From Mobula hypostoma (taxonomy: Eukaryota): DNA of 64,000 nt. The notes beneath the pieces were generated by a model. The model was given only the letters and a program-made list of their open reading frames with translations. It was not told the DNA's origin and did no database searches. Numbering within the stretch: position 1 is the first letter of the stretch; every line of letters begins with the position of its first letter. Of the stretch, positions 1 through 13,600 are shown one piece after another. Both the position numbers and the translations under genes were made by a program. The DNA lies in contig NC_086105.1 in assembly GCF_963921235.1 (NCBI RefSeq), positions 39,804,001 to 39,868,000 of the forward strand, in the 5' to 3' direction.

Positions 1-2459
1 ATCCGCTGTTAATATCTCTATTGAGAATGGCAACTGATCTTGCAAATAAGGAATTCAAGCACATACAATTGACCAAAATGGTCAATATCTGTAACTAATA
101 AGCCAATTTTGCAAAAAAGAGCAGTTTTCTGTCTTGACTTCAGAGTGACAGGGGCAATGCTGTTGTCCCTGTGCACAAATAAAATGAAAATGTGTTTGAG
201 TCGTAAGAGTCTGTGTGGTTTGGGCCTGTTATTTTATTATCGGTACCTTCAGGAAAACTGGTTTTATTCTTTCTAACTAGATAATCAAATTGCCATTTTA
301 TATTGTTTCATTTGTAACTGTAATTAAAACTACTTTCACACAAAATACCCATAGTTACAGTATATTTAATGTTATTGCGATCCTTAGAAAATAAAGAACT
401 AGTTAAATGCTTACTGTTAGCTTGCTCCGTAATCAAGGGCTAAATGCTATGTTGGTTTCCTTTCTCAGGAATGACAGTCATTAATTACAAACTGTGCACA
501 GTGCAGCTAGTGTACAGTCTCTCATTTTAATAAGGTACACATCTCCTGTCTTTCAGGGCTTATTGTTGAAAAAGGATCAAATAAAAGAAAATCAGTGGCC
601 CTTTTTCTAAAAAATCAGTCCAGCTAAACCAAATGTTTGTACTTTTGACTTTAATAGGATTAAGTAATCAAAATGGTTTCAGAAGGAACAGAGAAAGCCA
701 ATTGCAAGTTCTTGCACAAATATTGCATTCCCAATATCTTTCATTTTCAAAGGTCAGCCTGCCATGACTGGTGATGCAGGCAGCTGGTGTAACCTGTTGA
801 TTAGCCTGGTGGAAGTATTAAATGCTTCCCACTGTTGACATTTTTGGTTTGATGACGATTTTTGGATTTTTGCCAGTGGAGTATTTTGGGTTACATCTAA
901 AATTTAAAAAAAGTAGTAACAGTAATGATATGAGCACATAACTGTGACCATAGTAGAACCAACATCAGTAAAATTGCTGAGCCAATTAAGACAACCGAGA
1001 AAAGGTCTTAACCCAAACAGCCAAAACCCATAACGAGCAAGAGTTCCATTCTTGGACTATGCAACATTAACACATCCAGCTCTGCCACTGCAACTCCTTC
1101 AAAAAACTGGTTGGATAGGAAATTGATTAGTGCCTTGGTTCTCATTTGAAATGCATTGGTGCCGACTTGGTATTAAAATAAGAATGATTTGTTATTTACA
1201 TTATGTAGCCAATAAATGCTTGCCATCATGGCAAGTTGAATCCTGGAACAGTACAACACAGGAGGAGTTCATTCAGCCTTTTGTTTTAAAAGCCAATCCA
1301 TTAGTTCCACTTCCTCATTCTTATCCTACACAACTACCATTTTTTCTCCAAGTAGCCATTTCCCATCTTAGACAACGGAAGAATATATATTTTGCCCTTA
1401 TTATCAGCTGCAATAGTTTTTTCGTGTGTACCACACCTGGTTCTTTGACTAATCACATTAAAAATTTTGCTGTGCATCAAAAGGTGCATTTGTTTTCTCA
1501 CTTTTCTTGTTTTGATGGAGAGCCGTTGACCTAAAATGGTGACTTTGTTTTTCTGTGCTGCCTAATGTGCTGAATACCTGCAGCATTTTCTGTTTTTATT
1601 TATTTGTTTATTTTCTTTATTCACCCTTTGAACAATGGAAACTATTTCTTAAAATGATTACTTTATCTAAATCTTTCATGATATTAGATGTCTCTTTACA
1701 GTATCCATTTAGCCTCTCTGCTTTGAGGAGAGAAATATTAAATGGGGAAAAACGTGTGGTACCAAAGGCCAACAGTAACCACATGTTAATGATTTGAGAA
1801 GGTAACACAATGGTTGCCTAACCTTAACCCTGTAATTTTGGTGTAAGGGTTCTGAGTCAGAGGCTGTTGTTTCAGTTACTCTTTGAAGCGGTAGTCCTAA
1901 ACCACTAACGTGCAATACAAGCCAGTTATAAAACAGTATTCTTTCTGAATGGGGAATAAAGGCAGAGACTACTTGTTGCCAGTGATTGAAATGTAATTCC
2001 CAACATGCCCAGCACAACTCATTTGAGCATAAGGAGTATGCTGAAGTGTGTTTAGTTCAACCTTTTAGCATTTTAATTGTATCACTTTGGCCCTAAATAA
2101 ATTCGATGAATTGAGAGGATTTATACTGAGTAAATGACAAAAAAGATGAATTTTTGAAAAGTTAATAGCTGAACATTTGTCCAGGGCCTACGATAAGCTT
2201 GTCTAATCATTTATGTACTTCGAAAAGTAGTAAGCTTTTATAGGAAAAAAATGTCTTTTCTTCAAGGAAGATTTTTCTCTTTCATTCTATGATTTCAGTT
2301 ATTGACTCTGCTCACACCATTCAACTCCATTGACTCCATCACTAACGTTTCCATACTGCACTGAGTGACTTGTTTTTCATTATACCATCATAACCACCAC
2401 CTCCCCACTTCCTTGTGTAGCTTGGTTGAATTGCCACCTCAAAAAATGACTGGAACTTA

Positions 2460-2870
2460 AGAAATGGAAATAGGAGCAACCAAGTCAGCCTCTCATGCCT
2501 TCAGTGCCATTCTGTACAAGCATGGCTGATCATTTATTTCAGGGGTCTTTATCAGTATAAACCATACATCTCTTGATTCCTTTAGTATTCAAACATTAAC
2601 CTCTGCCTTGAAGATAATCAGTATCTGAGACTCCACTGTCCTCTTTCATAAAGAATTCCAAAGAGTCAAAGTCTTTGTGCTGAAGGAATTTCCATTCACA
2701 GTCAGGAAGTGCCCCTCCTTCCATCGTTCTTGTGTAATCTTCAGTCTACCCTATCTAGCTCGATAGGATTTTAGACTTTTCAAGTAGATCATCTTCCAGT
2801 GTTCTAAACTTCAGAGAACATGAGGCCAGTTGATTTAATCTCATCTCATGGGACACTTCCCACCACACTC
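2460..2870 (-). mobile_element. Decayed CR1/HER1-type LINE 3' end
   Basis: Reverse complement resembles the 3' UTR of the intact copy at 28800-28890 (gatcagccatg...gaatggc...ctccta). Confidence 0.7.
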
Positions 2871-3199
2871 CCCTCATTCCATTCATTGCCACAATGCTCC
2901 AGGAATAGAGTCAGTGTTTGGATTACAGTAAATGAGTTGCTATGATTTTAATTAAACATAAAATGCCCCACGCCGTTTTATTTGAGAAAACCTACAGGAT
3001 CACTTTTCCTGCTGTGTTTTTGCCACTTAAATAAATCAATATTTTTCTGAACTCTTCAATTATCATATTAATGCTACCATTGCTTGTCTACTTTCATACA
3101 TTCAAAATACTTCCCCACACTACCATAGCCAAATTGTGTTTCCAACTTCTTTGGTTTAATTTGTTTAGATTTAACATCCTAACTTTAGATTGAATTAGT

Positions 3200-3500
3200 C
3201 AGAGAATCACTCAGTTAGGAAATGAACCTTTCAGTTCAACTGGTCCAAGCCAATGAAGATTCCCATCTATGCTAGTCCCATTTGTCCACATTTAGCCCAT
3301 ATTCTTCTAAATCTTGCCTGTCCATATTCCTATCTAAGTACCTTTTAAATGTTAATATTGCTCTCATATATTTAAATATTTAAAATAATTTTAATTTCAA
3401 GTCCTCCTCATAGAAGGCACTTGCCTCAAGTTTTTTTTAAAGACCCTCTTCTGACAATGTAGAACATATTTTACTTTATATTCTTAGATTTCCCAATCCC
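3200..3500 (-). mobile_element. Decayed CR1-type LINE 3' end (second subfamily)
   Basis: ctagtcccatttg...gcccatat...ctaaa...tccata...tatctaa pattern of shark CR1 3' ends. Confidence 0.55.
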
Positions 3501-3754
3501 CATGATCCTTTGATGTGGTTCATCCACTTTGATCTTTTGTCCACTGTAACACCGTTGACATTGGGTTTCTTACTGTGTCAATTGCAAACTGAAGCTTATC
3601 AAAAACTCTATAAGTGAGCCCGTCAAAAACAATGGGTTTTACAAGACCTTCCAGAAAACATTGGGCATAACTCACCTTTCTACTTATAGCCTCTGTTTTT
3701 AATTCACCTTCTCCATTTGCAATATTTTTCATTCAAGAATATTGTTTACTCATT

Positions 3755-3850
3755 CACAAGATTAAAGGAGAACAAAATAATTGTTACTCCAGATGCCGTA
3801 CAGCATATAAAAACACATTAAGTTAAAGAAACACAATAATAAAAAAATGC
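3755..3850 (-). mobile_element. Rex1/Babar-type 3' terminal fragment
   Basis: aaggagaacaaaataattgttactccagat matches 56290-56320. Confidence 0.6.
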
Positions 3851-4299
3851 TCTAATGGTAAAAAAGTTTTAGATGTGAACCATCTCCTTTCTGGTTTCCT
3901 TTAATATTTTAGCAGTACAGTTTTTAATTTTAATTACATTCTTTACTTTGCCAGAATTTTGTCTGTCATTTGAGTGTGCTACAAGAAACCCTTTTTGCCA
4001 TTCACATACCCTGAAGGAATAGCATTTTATATCTGAACTTATTGAAATAACATCCTCTGTACTGAACCTGAATTACCAAAACATAAAATGTTAAATCTTA
4101 CATGAAGTAGAAATACAATAATATTTGAATAGAGGATATCTGAAATATTATTTACAATCCTGGGGTCCTGCACTGCATTGAAAAGCAAAGTAATTGGCTA
4201 CAATGCATCACCAAAAGGGGTTTCACACATGAGCCCTTTTATAGAAGTGACTGAATCAAAGAATGGGTAAGAGATCAGGTAGATTGGTATCCTCCTGTA

Positions 4300-5380
4300 A
4301 TAGCAGTCCCCTGGATCTGAGGATGATTTACTTCCTTTCTGGTGTTGAGCTGACTGATGAGGACATGGGAATTGCAGACTCTTCCTTTTGAAAGGGCAAG
4401 AGCAGTCTGATAAACAGAAGGGAAGGCAATTTGGGAAACGGCGACTCCATCTGCCATTCACACTGAGATACTTTGTGCTCCTGGTGTATTGCTAGATTTT
4501 CTCAATACCATTCCAAGTACCCTCCTCCTGCACTTATGAACAGTTGTTGGCTAGAGGTTCTCAAGAATCGATGGGGATGTTGCATTTTATTTTCAAGGAA
4601 GCTCTGAGCACATTCTTAGATATCATCTGTCTTCCTGGTCATCTATTCCTGAGACAGAGCTTGGAACAAAGTACCTGTTTCAGCACTTCAGTGTTGAGCA
4701 TGTGGAAGATCTTGTTTAATAGAGTGAATAAGGGTAGATGGGGACGTTAGTGCTGGGCATGTTAGCCTGGGAGAAGCCACTAATATTCTTTTGTTTATAC
4801 TTTGAGTGAACTTGGGAGAATTTTACATACTGTTGCAGTATTGGTGATATCATTTCAAGTGCCTGTTGTAGATTATCCATCTCCAAAGCACATGGGAAGG
4901 CAATGATGAGCGCTGCCTAATAGCCCAGGAATTTTGTGCTGGATGTGTGGTCATGATCTGCAGGCCTCTTTCCTCAGTTGATCTAATGCTCTTAGTGCAT
5001 TGAAGGCAATGGTGAAATTCATCTTGAATGTTTCCCTTCATTGGGATAGGGAAGTGGTCCATATTTTCCAAGGTCACACCGTCAAGGGGTGGACTTCTGC
5101 AATGGATGCAGATTGGTAGAGGATGTTTGTCTTGCAGATGCTGCATGCAAGCCTCATTCTTTTGAATGCCCCAGTGAGCAGGCTCACAATAATTGGAGCA
5201 TGGCCTCAGGGTGTGTGCAAACACAAGTCTAATCTTCATATTGCACCTCACCAACTGAGATCTTAGTTCTGGAGTTCAGTCACTGTAGGCAGAACTATTT
5301 CCTATTAGGTTAGACAATAGCTCCACTGCTTCAAGAACGTTTCTTGGAGGTGAGGTGCAGCATTGAGGAGACAATTAAAT
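4300..5380 (-). mobile_element. RTE-clade LINE remnant (RT C-terminal half and 3' end)
   Basis: Minus-strand frames give RTKISVGEVQYED (ELQYADD-like), LENMDHFP (LENVDHFPYLG-like), SQANMPS and LRASLK..CNIP; 3' end similar to 20015-20170. Confidence 0.75.
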
Positions 5381-6287
5381 TTTAAATCAGCAAAGGCCAA
5401 GAAATTTTCTAATAAAAAATCTATGTTCAAATAATATTTGTGCAGTGACCCACGTAATATTTGTACATGGGTTGTTGCAGCAGCATTCCTAAAGCATGCT
5501 GCTCAATAGACAGGCCTTGCACACTCACGTGTAGTGCTAGTGAACGCAAATGGGTGTATTTTGATTGGAGGTGGGGACTTTTAGTGGGTGGGGCTTGGGA
5601 AAATCGAGATGTGTGTTTGGAAGAGGACAGAGTGGCAAAGCTTGACGCAAAGTGTTCTTTTGATTTGGTGGGGGGGCAAGTGCAGAGGCAGTGCCAAAAA
5701 TATTCAAGGTTTAGAGGGGCATTAATTGAAATTGGGTAAGAGGAGTATCCGGATTTCAAAAGATCATCATTGTTAGGGAATATTCTGAAGTTATGTAAAT
5801 ATAGCAAATATTAATTCAACCAGAACCAGTCTTCAGTTTTAATTGTAAATTGCAAGCAGTAAACTAGTTAAGTGCCCACAGACTAAGAGATACAGTTTGC
5901 AAAATAGTGGCCATGAGACATTTGCGTATACATGAGCCAAATTTTAAGACAATTGGGTTGTGTTAATTGGACTACATCACACCAGGTAACATGTGCTAAA
6001 TTATTTTCTCCTTTGTGACTTGGTTTCAAACTGGCAGACCAGACCAATGTTGTCTCTTAGCATATTGAACATAGCCACGGGTACAGGCAATCCATAATTC
6101 TTGTGTGCTCAGGATATTTGTGTACTCAGAGAAAGCGCTGACAACATTAAATTTGTGCGTTTGGCTCGGTGTTTTAATAAGTATTTAAACTATTTGTGTG
6201 AACTATTTTGTGACAAAGGTTTTCGTCATTCAGAAGTGTCTCCCACTGTAGGTATTTAATTCAGAGAAAGTATTGTCAACCCAAAAT

Positions 6288-6496
6288 GTTGAAGTGAAAA
6301 TATTGTAACTATTGAAATTGTATTGAATCACTTACTGTTACCTTTGATCGTAAGGGTATAAAATGTGATGTACCTTTGAGTGTGTGAGCCCTTACGGAGA
6401 GTGTCTTCATGAAAATGCCTGCTTGTTGTGACAAATAAAGACTTCTACATCACCAGCTTCAGTGTCTCTCTGATGACTTTTATCACAGTCACAACA
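6288..6496 (+). mobile_element. Probable short solo LTR
   Basis: TGTTG start, TATAAAA (6357), AATAAA (6434), ends GTCACAACA. No clean TSD. Confidence 0.5.
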
Positions 6497-7208
6497 ATCA
6501 CTGGGCCATCAGGAGAACGTGTATCAGGCTTGAGTGCATTGTGGTGGTGGGGAGAAACCCCTGAAAGCCATTCATGGGCTTGAACAATGTTGGTAGCCAG
6601 GAAATGGTGGTCAAGAGAAAACGTTAAGGTGTAATTGGAAGACAAACCTATCTTGATGACAACTAGGTAGCTATTGGCTGAGTAAAGCCTTAAGTAATAG
6701 AAAGGCAGCATTTGACTCTCCAATAAAGCCTCTTTTGTTGCACAAGGTTCACATTCTCCCTTGGCCACATTTATGCTAATTAAGTTTGTGCAAGATATTA
6801 GAACAGGCTCATTAGACACATACAACAGCCCTCTATCCTTTTGTATGCCAAGTGCCAGAGTGCTTCAAAGAAGCTCAAAGTGTGTGGTCTAGGCACAAAG
6901 GACCTGCTCATATGGAGCTTAAGATTAACTTCCTGTGAGTGCATGTGGATACTTTCATTTAATAAGGCTTCATAAAGACATCATCCTCTTCCAATTCCTT
7001 GGCTGTCTCCATTCTTTTATGCATAGTTTTCGATAACTCCTTTATCAGTATCTTGAAAGTTTCTAATTTCATGTACAGCAAAATAATAGCAGTTCTACAC
7101 TACGGCAGCATAAGTGTAGTGTAGAATATCATTGCCTCATCCCTTGCTTCACATGTTCATTCGACCATTTCCCCTGCACCTTCATTATTGACCTACATCT
7201 TCATAATA

Positions 7209-7234
7209 CAGTGGATTCCAGTTAATTGGGACAC
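7209..7234 (+). mobile_element. Tigger/pogo-like MITE terminus
   Basis: TA followed by CAGTGGATTCCAGTTAATTGGGACAC; the opposite end is not identified. Confidence 0.5.
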
Positions 7235-7379
7235 TTAACACGTCGCGTGTTCTTTTAGTTGAGAGCAAAGTGAGACTCTGTCTGTTCTCGTGGATGCAAA
7301 CAAGATGCCTTTGTGCATGGTCTCCTTTTTCCCATACTTACAGGAGTATGACAGGAGAGTCTGAGTGCAGCATCCTATC

Positions 7380-7852
7380 CTTCTTTTCCTCTTCTGGCCA
7401 TCTATCCCACAGGATGAAGATGGTTCCTTTCAGTCAGTTAGTGGGGTTATACCCCACTCCTCAGAAAGGAACAGCATGTGCGTGAATGGATTTTTGGTGC
7501 GTAGGGGGTTGCACAGGTCCAGACCCACTCTCTCGACATCCCCTCCCGGATCCAGCGACATGGTGGGGTCCAAGACGGCTGGGGGAAGTTCTGTTGTGGT
7601 GAGTGGCCAGACCAAGCTTCGATGCAAGGGATGCCCTTTCCGTGCTTCACGGCACGTGTTTGCTAGATGGCCGTTGGCTCTACGAGAGGGTTCATCCGCC
7701 CTTTGACACGTCTTGTTTTTCATCCTGCAGGGTGTCTAGCCACACTCCTCACCAGGTGAGGGAGCCAGTTTAGTCGCCGACCACCCGACCATGTGACAGG
7801 TAGTACTGGGTTACATGGTACCAGTTGCACTCAGACAAGTGACCTGACCTCC
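7380..7852 (-). mobile_element. RTE-derived non-autonomous (SINE-like) element
   Basis: RTE-style 3' end ACCATCTTCATCCTGTGGGATAGATGGCC plus (GAA)-like tail; CpG-rich structured 5' part; no ORF. Confidence 0.65.
7765..7844 (-). ncRNA. Candidate HDV-like ribozyme at the element 5' end
   Basis: P2 CCAGT/ACTGG preceded by CTAA; P3 ACC/GGT around loop TGTCACAT; P1 GGTCACTTG/CGGGTGGTC followed by GG. P1 length and P4 are non-canonical. Confidence 0.35.
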
Positions 7853-8469
7853 TGTACACTTCGTATCCACTTTTATAGACCCGTCAAAGAGTTACTAAAA
7901 TAGGAGTGCCTATTCTCACACTCCTAAAGCCTATAACATTCCAAAGTAGTTTAGTTTCACAGAATAGAATAATACTTGGTATAAATTCAGCTTAAGTAAC
8001 ACTAGTTCAAATTGCAGCTTTAAAAAAAAGAATTACAAAAGAACCTACCTCAGCAAAATCTTACTTTTGCTTTACACTCCCACTGCGAATATATTGAAGC
8101 TTGAATAAGGCAAATGTCTTAAATTTTAAAATAAAGAGTCTGCAGACAGAACGTTTAGCTTCCTTAGATCTTGTTTATATTATAAAAGACTTATCAAGGC
8201 AGTTAATCCCTATCAGAACATCCTTAGCATGGTGATATTTCCAAAAAATGCTTCACTAAACAGGTCCTGCCAAAGTAATTATAGGAAATAATTAAATTGA
8301 GCTTGGGAGATAAATGTAGGCATGAATGTAGGAAGAAGCATTAACAATAGTTTTGGAGGTGGAGATTGCAGGGAAGGGAATTAGAGATGTTGGATCACTA
8401 TGGCTGATGGCTTTTCCATCAGTTATGCAGCTGACTGAGGTGAGGGAATTCCACCAAAGTAGGTCAGAT

Positions 8470-8720
8470 TAAGAAAATGCTGGAAGCATTCAGCAGATCA
8501 GGCAGCATCCATGGAAAGAGTAACTGAGTTAATTAATGTGCAAAGTCTAAGACCTTGTGTTATAATGGGGGAAGAGAGGCAACAAGTTAATTTTATGTTG
8601 CAGGACGGGTGGTGGGGGAGGGATGGATAGGACAAAGGGAATCTCTAATTGTGTAAGGCCCGTGTTGCCATGGCAATGTAGAGTTAATCTGGTTGATGGA
8701 TTAATGGGGCAAGTGGGGTT
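8470..8720 (-). mobile_element. Penelope-like terminal repeat fragment
   Basis: aaatgctggaagcattcagcagatcaggcagcatccatgg motif shared with the other copies. Confidence 0.65.
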
Positions 8721-8759
8721 GAGAAAATGAACAAAAGCTATGAAAAAGGAATTAGGTAG

Positions 8760-9090
8760 TAGGAACATGATCATAGGAGCATTTAAGATCATTTGGCTTA
8801 TTGACTCTGTTCCACCATCCGATCATGGCTTATTTATTTTTCCTCTCAACCCCATTCCCCTGCATTCTTCCTGTCTTTTGGTGCTCTTACTAATTAAGCA
8901 TCTATCAACCTCTGCTTAAATATACCCAGAGCAGTCTGTGGCAATGAATTCCATAGATTCAGCGTCCTCTGGCTAACGAAATTTCTCCTCGTATCTGTTC
9001 TAAAATGACGTGCTTCTATTCTGAGTCTGTGCCCTTTGGTCCTAGACCCTCCCACTATTGAAAACATTCTCTGCATATCCATTCTATTGG
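8760..9090 (-). mobile_element. CR1 3' fragment, target of the Gypsy insertion (resumes at 15033)
   Basis: ORF 8894-9082 SRTKGHRLRIEARHFRTDTRRNFVSQRTLNLWNSLPQ is the CR1 ORF2 C-terminus. Confidence 0.88.
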
Positions 9091-9449
9091 TGTAACAATC
9101 CTCAGATGAGTAGACCCAGGTATGGAGTAAACTCAGGACTCAATAGTAGAAACTAACGATGAAGATGTATTCAGAGAATAATACAGGGAATGATCAAACT
9201 AAGAGCTTACTTGCTCAGTGCTTGAGCACACAGAACTCGAATCCAGGACTCAGTGATAAGCGGTGGTCCAGAATAGCTTTAAATAGAAAATGAAACACAG
9301 GAAATCCATGCGGATCAAAGTCAAAAACTAATCACTTGAGAACGAGAAGCATGAAGAAACTGTATGCACATGACGAGCATCACGAAAAACACCGTGACAG
9401 CTTCATGATCAAAGGAGTCATTAAGCAACTCCAATAAACTCAGAGAAAT

Positions 9450-9552
9450 GGAGTCCTGTTGATGTGCCTTGGCCTGAAATGTTGACTGTTTACTCTTTTC
9501 TATAGATGCTGCCTGGCCTGCTGAGTTCCTCCAGCAATTTGTATGTGTTGTA
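9450..9552 (+). mobile_element. Penelope terminal-repeat mini-insertion in the Gypsy 3' LTR
   Basis: agtcctgttga...gaaatgttgact...gatgctgcctggcctgctgagttcctccagc; interrupts the LTR homology. Confidence 0.8.
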
Positions 9553-10139
9553 TAAATAACGTTCACATTGGTCAAGACATGCCACTACCTGACACCTCTC
9601 GCTGGTCCAAAGAGTTCTTAATAGGAAGCCTCCCCCACACCCCCATGGCCAGCACCTGATGGCCCAGGGCAATTAGGATAATTGTTATGAAAGTCCATGA
9701 TTAGTTCAGGGTCCAGAACGTCATGAATAGGGAACCCAGCATCTTTCCTCCAGGCCATAGTGATCCCAGTCTACAAGATATTGTCTTGTCATAAACAGAA
9801 TGAGAGTCCAGTAGTTGCCTGTGTAAACCTGTTGTCTGTTGAGAAAACGAGCAGGGGTAGGAACCTTGGTGTCACACCTTGCTACCGGGTGTGGGTAAGC
9901 GTGCCCGATGAGGGTCACTAGTTGTAAAAAAAAAGGATGGCAAGCTGCAAAAGCACATTAGTGCAAGGAGTTTTATTTAGTGCCAGGTGGGAAAAAATGC
10001 AAAAACTGCCCAAAAGTTGTGAAGAAAAATGTATTTGCAAATAGACAAATGAAAACAAACATGTGTGTACAAAATTTTACAAATGTACGGAGGCTTTCTC
10101 CATGACACACTATTGTTTTAAATTTTACAATACAGTATA

Positions 10140-10620
10140 ATGAAGGGGTTAATATCTGAGGAGCGTTTGGCAGCTTTGGGCCTGCGCTCACTGGAACTTA
10201 GAAGAATGTGGGGAGGGGTGCGGGGAGGCGGGATCTCATTGAAACCTACCAAATGTTGAAAGGAATAGATAGGGTGGATGTGGAAAGGATGTTTCCTATG
10301 GTGGGGGTATCCAAAACTAGAGGGAACAGCCTTAAAATTGAGGGGCAACTCTTCAGGACAGAGGTAAGGAGGAATCATTTTCAGCCAGAGATTAGTAAAA
10401 CTGTGGAATGCTCTGCCACAGACTGTGGTGAAGGCCAAGTCCATGCGTATACTTAAGGCGATAGTTGATTGTTTTCTGATTGGTCAGGGTATCAAGGGAT
10501 ATGGCGAGAAGGCAGGTGTACGGGGTTGAGTGGGATCTGGGATTAGTCATGATAGAATGGTGGAGCAGACTTGTTGGGCTGAATGGCCTAATTCTGCTCC
10601 TATGTCTTCTGGTCTTATGA
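10140..10620 (+). mobile_element. CR1 3' fragment nested in the Gypsy
   Basis: DLIETYQMLKGIDRVDVERMFP; 3' UTR and tail present. Confidence 0.9.
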
Positions 10621-13600
10621 CTGTTCATGAACCGTCAACTCCAACCTCCGCACCTCTCTAGCAAAGCCAGACTGAATGTTTAAATCTGCCTCCGCCTGGC
10701 CTAGAAGGAACAGGAAATTTTACTGTTGGTCGGGGGGCGGGGGGGAGAGAGAGCGAGAGAGTGGGGGGGGGGAGTCAGGTGACCAGACCATAATAATTAT
10801 TTCAGGTACAGAATTGGAACATTTTAAGCAGGGATTCTAACATCCTCCAGTTTTATTCCACAACAAATGCCTTAGTTAAACCCATAGATCAGTGTCCACA
10901 TGCTCAGATGAATATAAATGAATAATGCCTGCCCACCAGTGGTGTTGCCTGTGTAGGGTGGAGTGCGCCTGCTCCCACAAACCCAGGCATTATTTTAGGA
11001 CACCCCAAATGGTCCCTTGGGTCTTTTAGGGTGGTTCGGCTGTCTACAAACTGATGTAACAGTGTGAGTGAAGACAGATGAAACTGTTTGGAATGCCTGT
11101 GTCTAGAATCCTTATTTTTATGAGTTATAAACCAGTAGAGCACATTAACTGAAGGGTTTGTTTCAATTAGCCACGCTAGCGATTGTTTTACTGTTGGGGT
11201 GTGTAAATGCTGAACTTCCAAGAACTAAAGAATGGGAGGGCAAAGTGTGTGGACTACTGGGGAAACTAGAGCTGGTTCAGAATGAAGAAGAGTGACCAAA
11301 TGGGTAAAGGGGCAAATCAGTGGGAGAATTAGCATTGCCAGCCTGTTATGTCACTTGGGAACAGGGCCAAGGGACAGGAAAATACAGGCTTGAGGTGAGA
11401 GATGTGAAAGGTGTGGTGGATAGACAAGATTCTGGGTAATTGTAACTGTTAAGTCAGGATTGATTTTTCAGAGAACCTTAAAAGGTCTGATGTATTTGGG
11501 AGCCAATTTCCGAGATTCCATTTGCTATGGAAGGTCCTGGGTAGAAAGCCAAACCTAGACAGAACAGAGGAGCTGCTGCCCATCGATGGTTAGCCTATTG
11601 CTGCTGCTATTGAGAGTTGGCCAATAGAGTTGATCTTGCCTTAGACCATGTCTGCCTATATCTCTTGACCAATTTACCAGCAACAAGGGCACTCACCTCA
11701 CACTCCTGCTCCAAGTCTAGTGGTTATCTGTAGCTAAACTGACATTCGAAAGGGGACATCCAAATGGAGGAGTGAAAAAGGTTATTGTGCATGAATTCTG
11801 CCCACATAAGATGGTCACTCCATGTAGTCGGATTTATCGAGGCCAGACACCATACAGATCTCTCCCAATCCTGATTCATTCTTTCTGTCCACGCATTAGT
11901 TTGCAGTTGGAACCCTGAGGATTAACAGTTGCCCTGCTGAGAGGACAAAAGGCCATTCAGAATTTGGAAGTGAAATGCAGGCCATGGTCGGAGTTGATAT
12001 CCTGGGGGAAGCCATGAATCCTGAAGATATTTTACACCGTCAGCTCAGCTGTCTCTACCACTGTGGGTAGCTTGGGGAGAGGAACAAAATGATAAAGCCT
12101 TCAGAAACTGGTCTACCACAACCATAATGCCAGTACTCCCTTGCGGTGGAGAAAGCCCAGTGATAAAATCCATAGAAGTATGTGACCAGGGATGAGCAGG
12201 ATTAGATAAAGGCTATAAATGTCCTTGGGGCAGGGCACTGGGTTCTTCATCCTGGCAACACATTGATAGCTGAAACGTAGTCTTTGACATCTTCGGTCAT
12301 ACCTGGCCACAAGAACCTCCTCTTTATAAGCTCCAAAGCATGTGAATCCTGGGTGACCAACCATGTTGAAGGTATGCCCCAATTCAATACCTTTGTGCAG
12401 GCCACTTCATGGACAAAGATATGACCAGGTGACCATTGCCGGGATCAGCATCATGTTGCTCCTGGGACCTCCACACCATGGAATCAGTTCCCCCATTTAA
12501 TGGGAGCTGCCAGCCTTGAGCTGGGGAAAATATTCTCTGGGAATTTCTTCTTAAATGGTGTTTCAAACTGCCTAGAAAGAGCATCCAGTTTCTGGTTCTT
12601 GGAAGCAGGTCTGTATGCAATGGTAAAATTGAACCTGTTGAAGGACAATGACTAGCGTGCCTGCTGAGAGTTCAGTCTTTTAAGCTCCTCGATATAAGCT
12701 AGGTTCTTATGTTTGGTCCAAACCAAAAAAGAGTGTTAGACTTCCTCTGGCCAATGACTCCATTGTTGAAGTGCCAACTCCCTTTTGCCGATATCATAGT
12801 TCATCTCAGTGGAGAGAGTTGTCTGGAGAAGAAGGCACATGGGTGTAGCTTCTGGTCTGAGATAGTTTCATTGAGATAGCATAGCTCCAACTTAGGTGTT
12901 AAACTCCACTGCAAAAGTAGGTCTGGATTAGGGGGAAACAAGTACAGGTGCTGTGGTAAATCTGTTCCTGAGATTGCAGAAAGCAGCTTCTCCCTCTGGA
13001 ATCCAATGGAAAACCCCAGTAGATATTTTAGTAAGGTTGGTAAGTGGAGCTGGGATTGCACTGATAGAATTGGCAAACCCTAAAAGGCACTGAGCTGTTT
13101 GACTGTCCTAGGTTGTGGCCACATAGGTCTTCTCAGGGTCCATCTGTAAATTCCCATTGGAAATGACAAAACCTAGAAAAAAAACTTCAGCGACATGAAA
13201 TTCGCTCGTGTCAAGCTTAACAAAAACTTGGTCTAGTAGGTGTTGAAGTGGGGGACATATATCTGAAGTGACCGAGGAAAAATAAGAATATCTTCCAAAT
13301 AAACAAAGACAAAATGGTTAAGCATCTCTTGGAGTGCATTGTTGATGGAGTTGTGAAAGACTGCTAGAGCATTAACTAAACTGAATTGCATCACCAGGTA
13401 CTTGTAATGTCCGGTGGGTGTGTTGAAGATGTCTTCCATTCATCTTTCTCTCTGATCCGGATTAGGTTGTAGGGATTCCAGAGATCAAGGTTAATGAAAC
13501 TCAAATTCTGTGTTCATTGGAGAAGTGGGTACCACTTCTTAATAGTAATTCTATTTAGACCTCTGTAATTGATAAATGGTCTTAGTCCATCGTCTTTCTT

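Noticed and set aside
754-915. Minus-strand acceptor-like site followed by about 47 open codons
   Set aside because: No recognisable protein and no linked exons; expected by chance in AT-rich DNA.
3520-3732. ORF MKNIANGEG... with a minus-strand GTGAGT donor
   Set aside because: No recognisable homology or exon chain.
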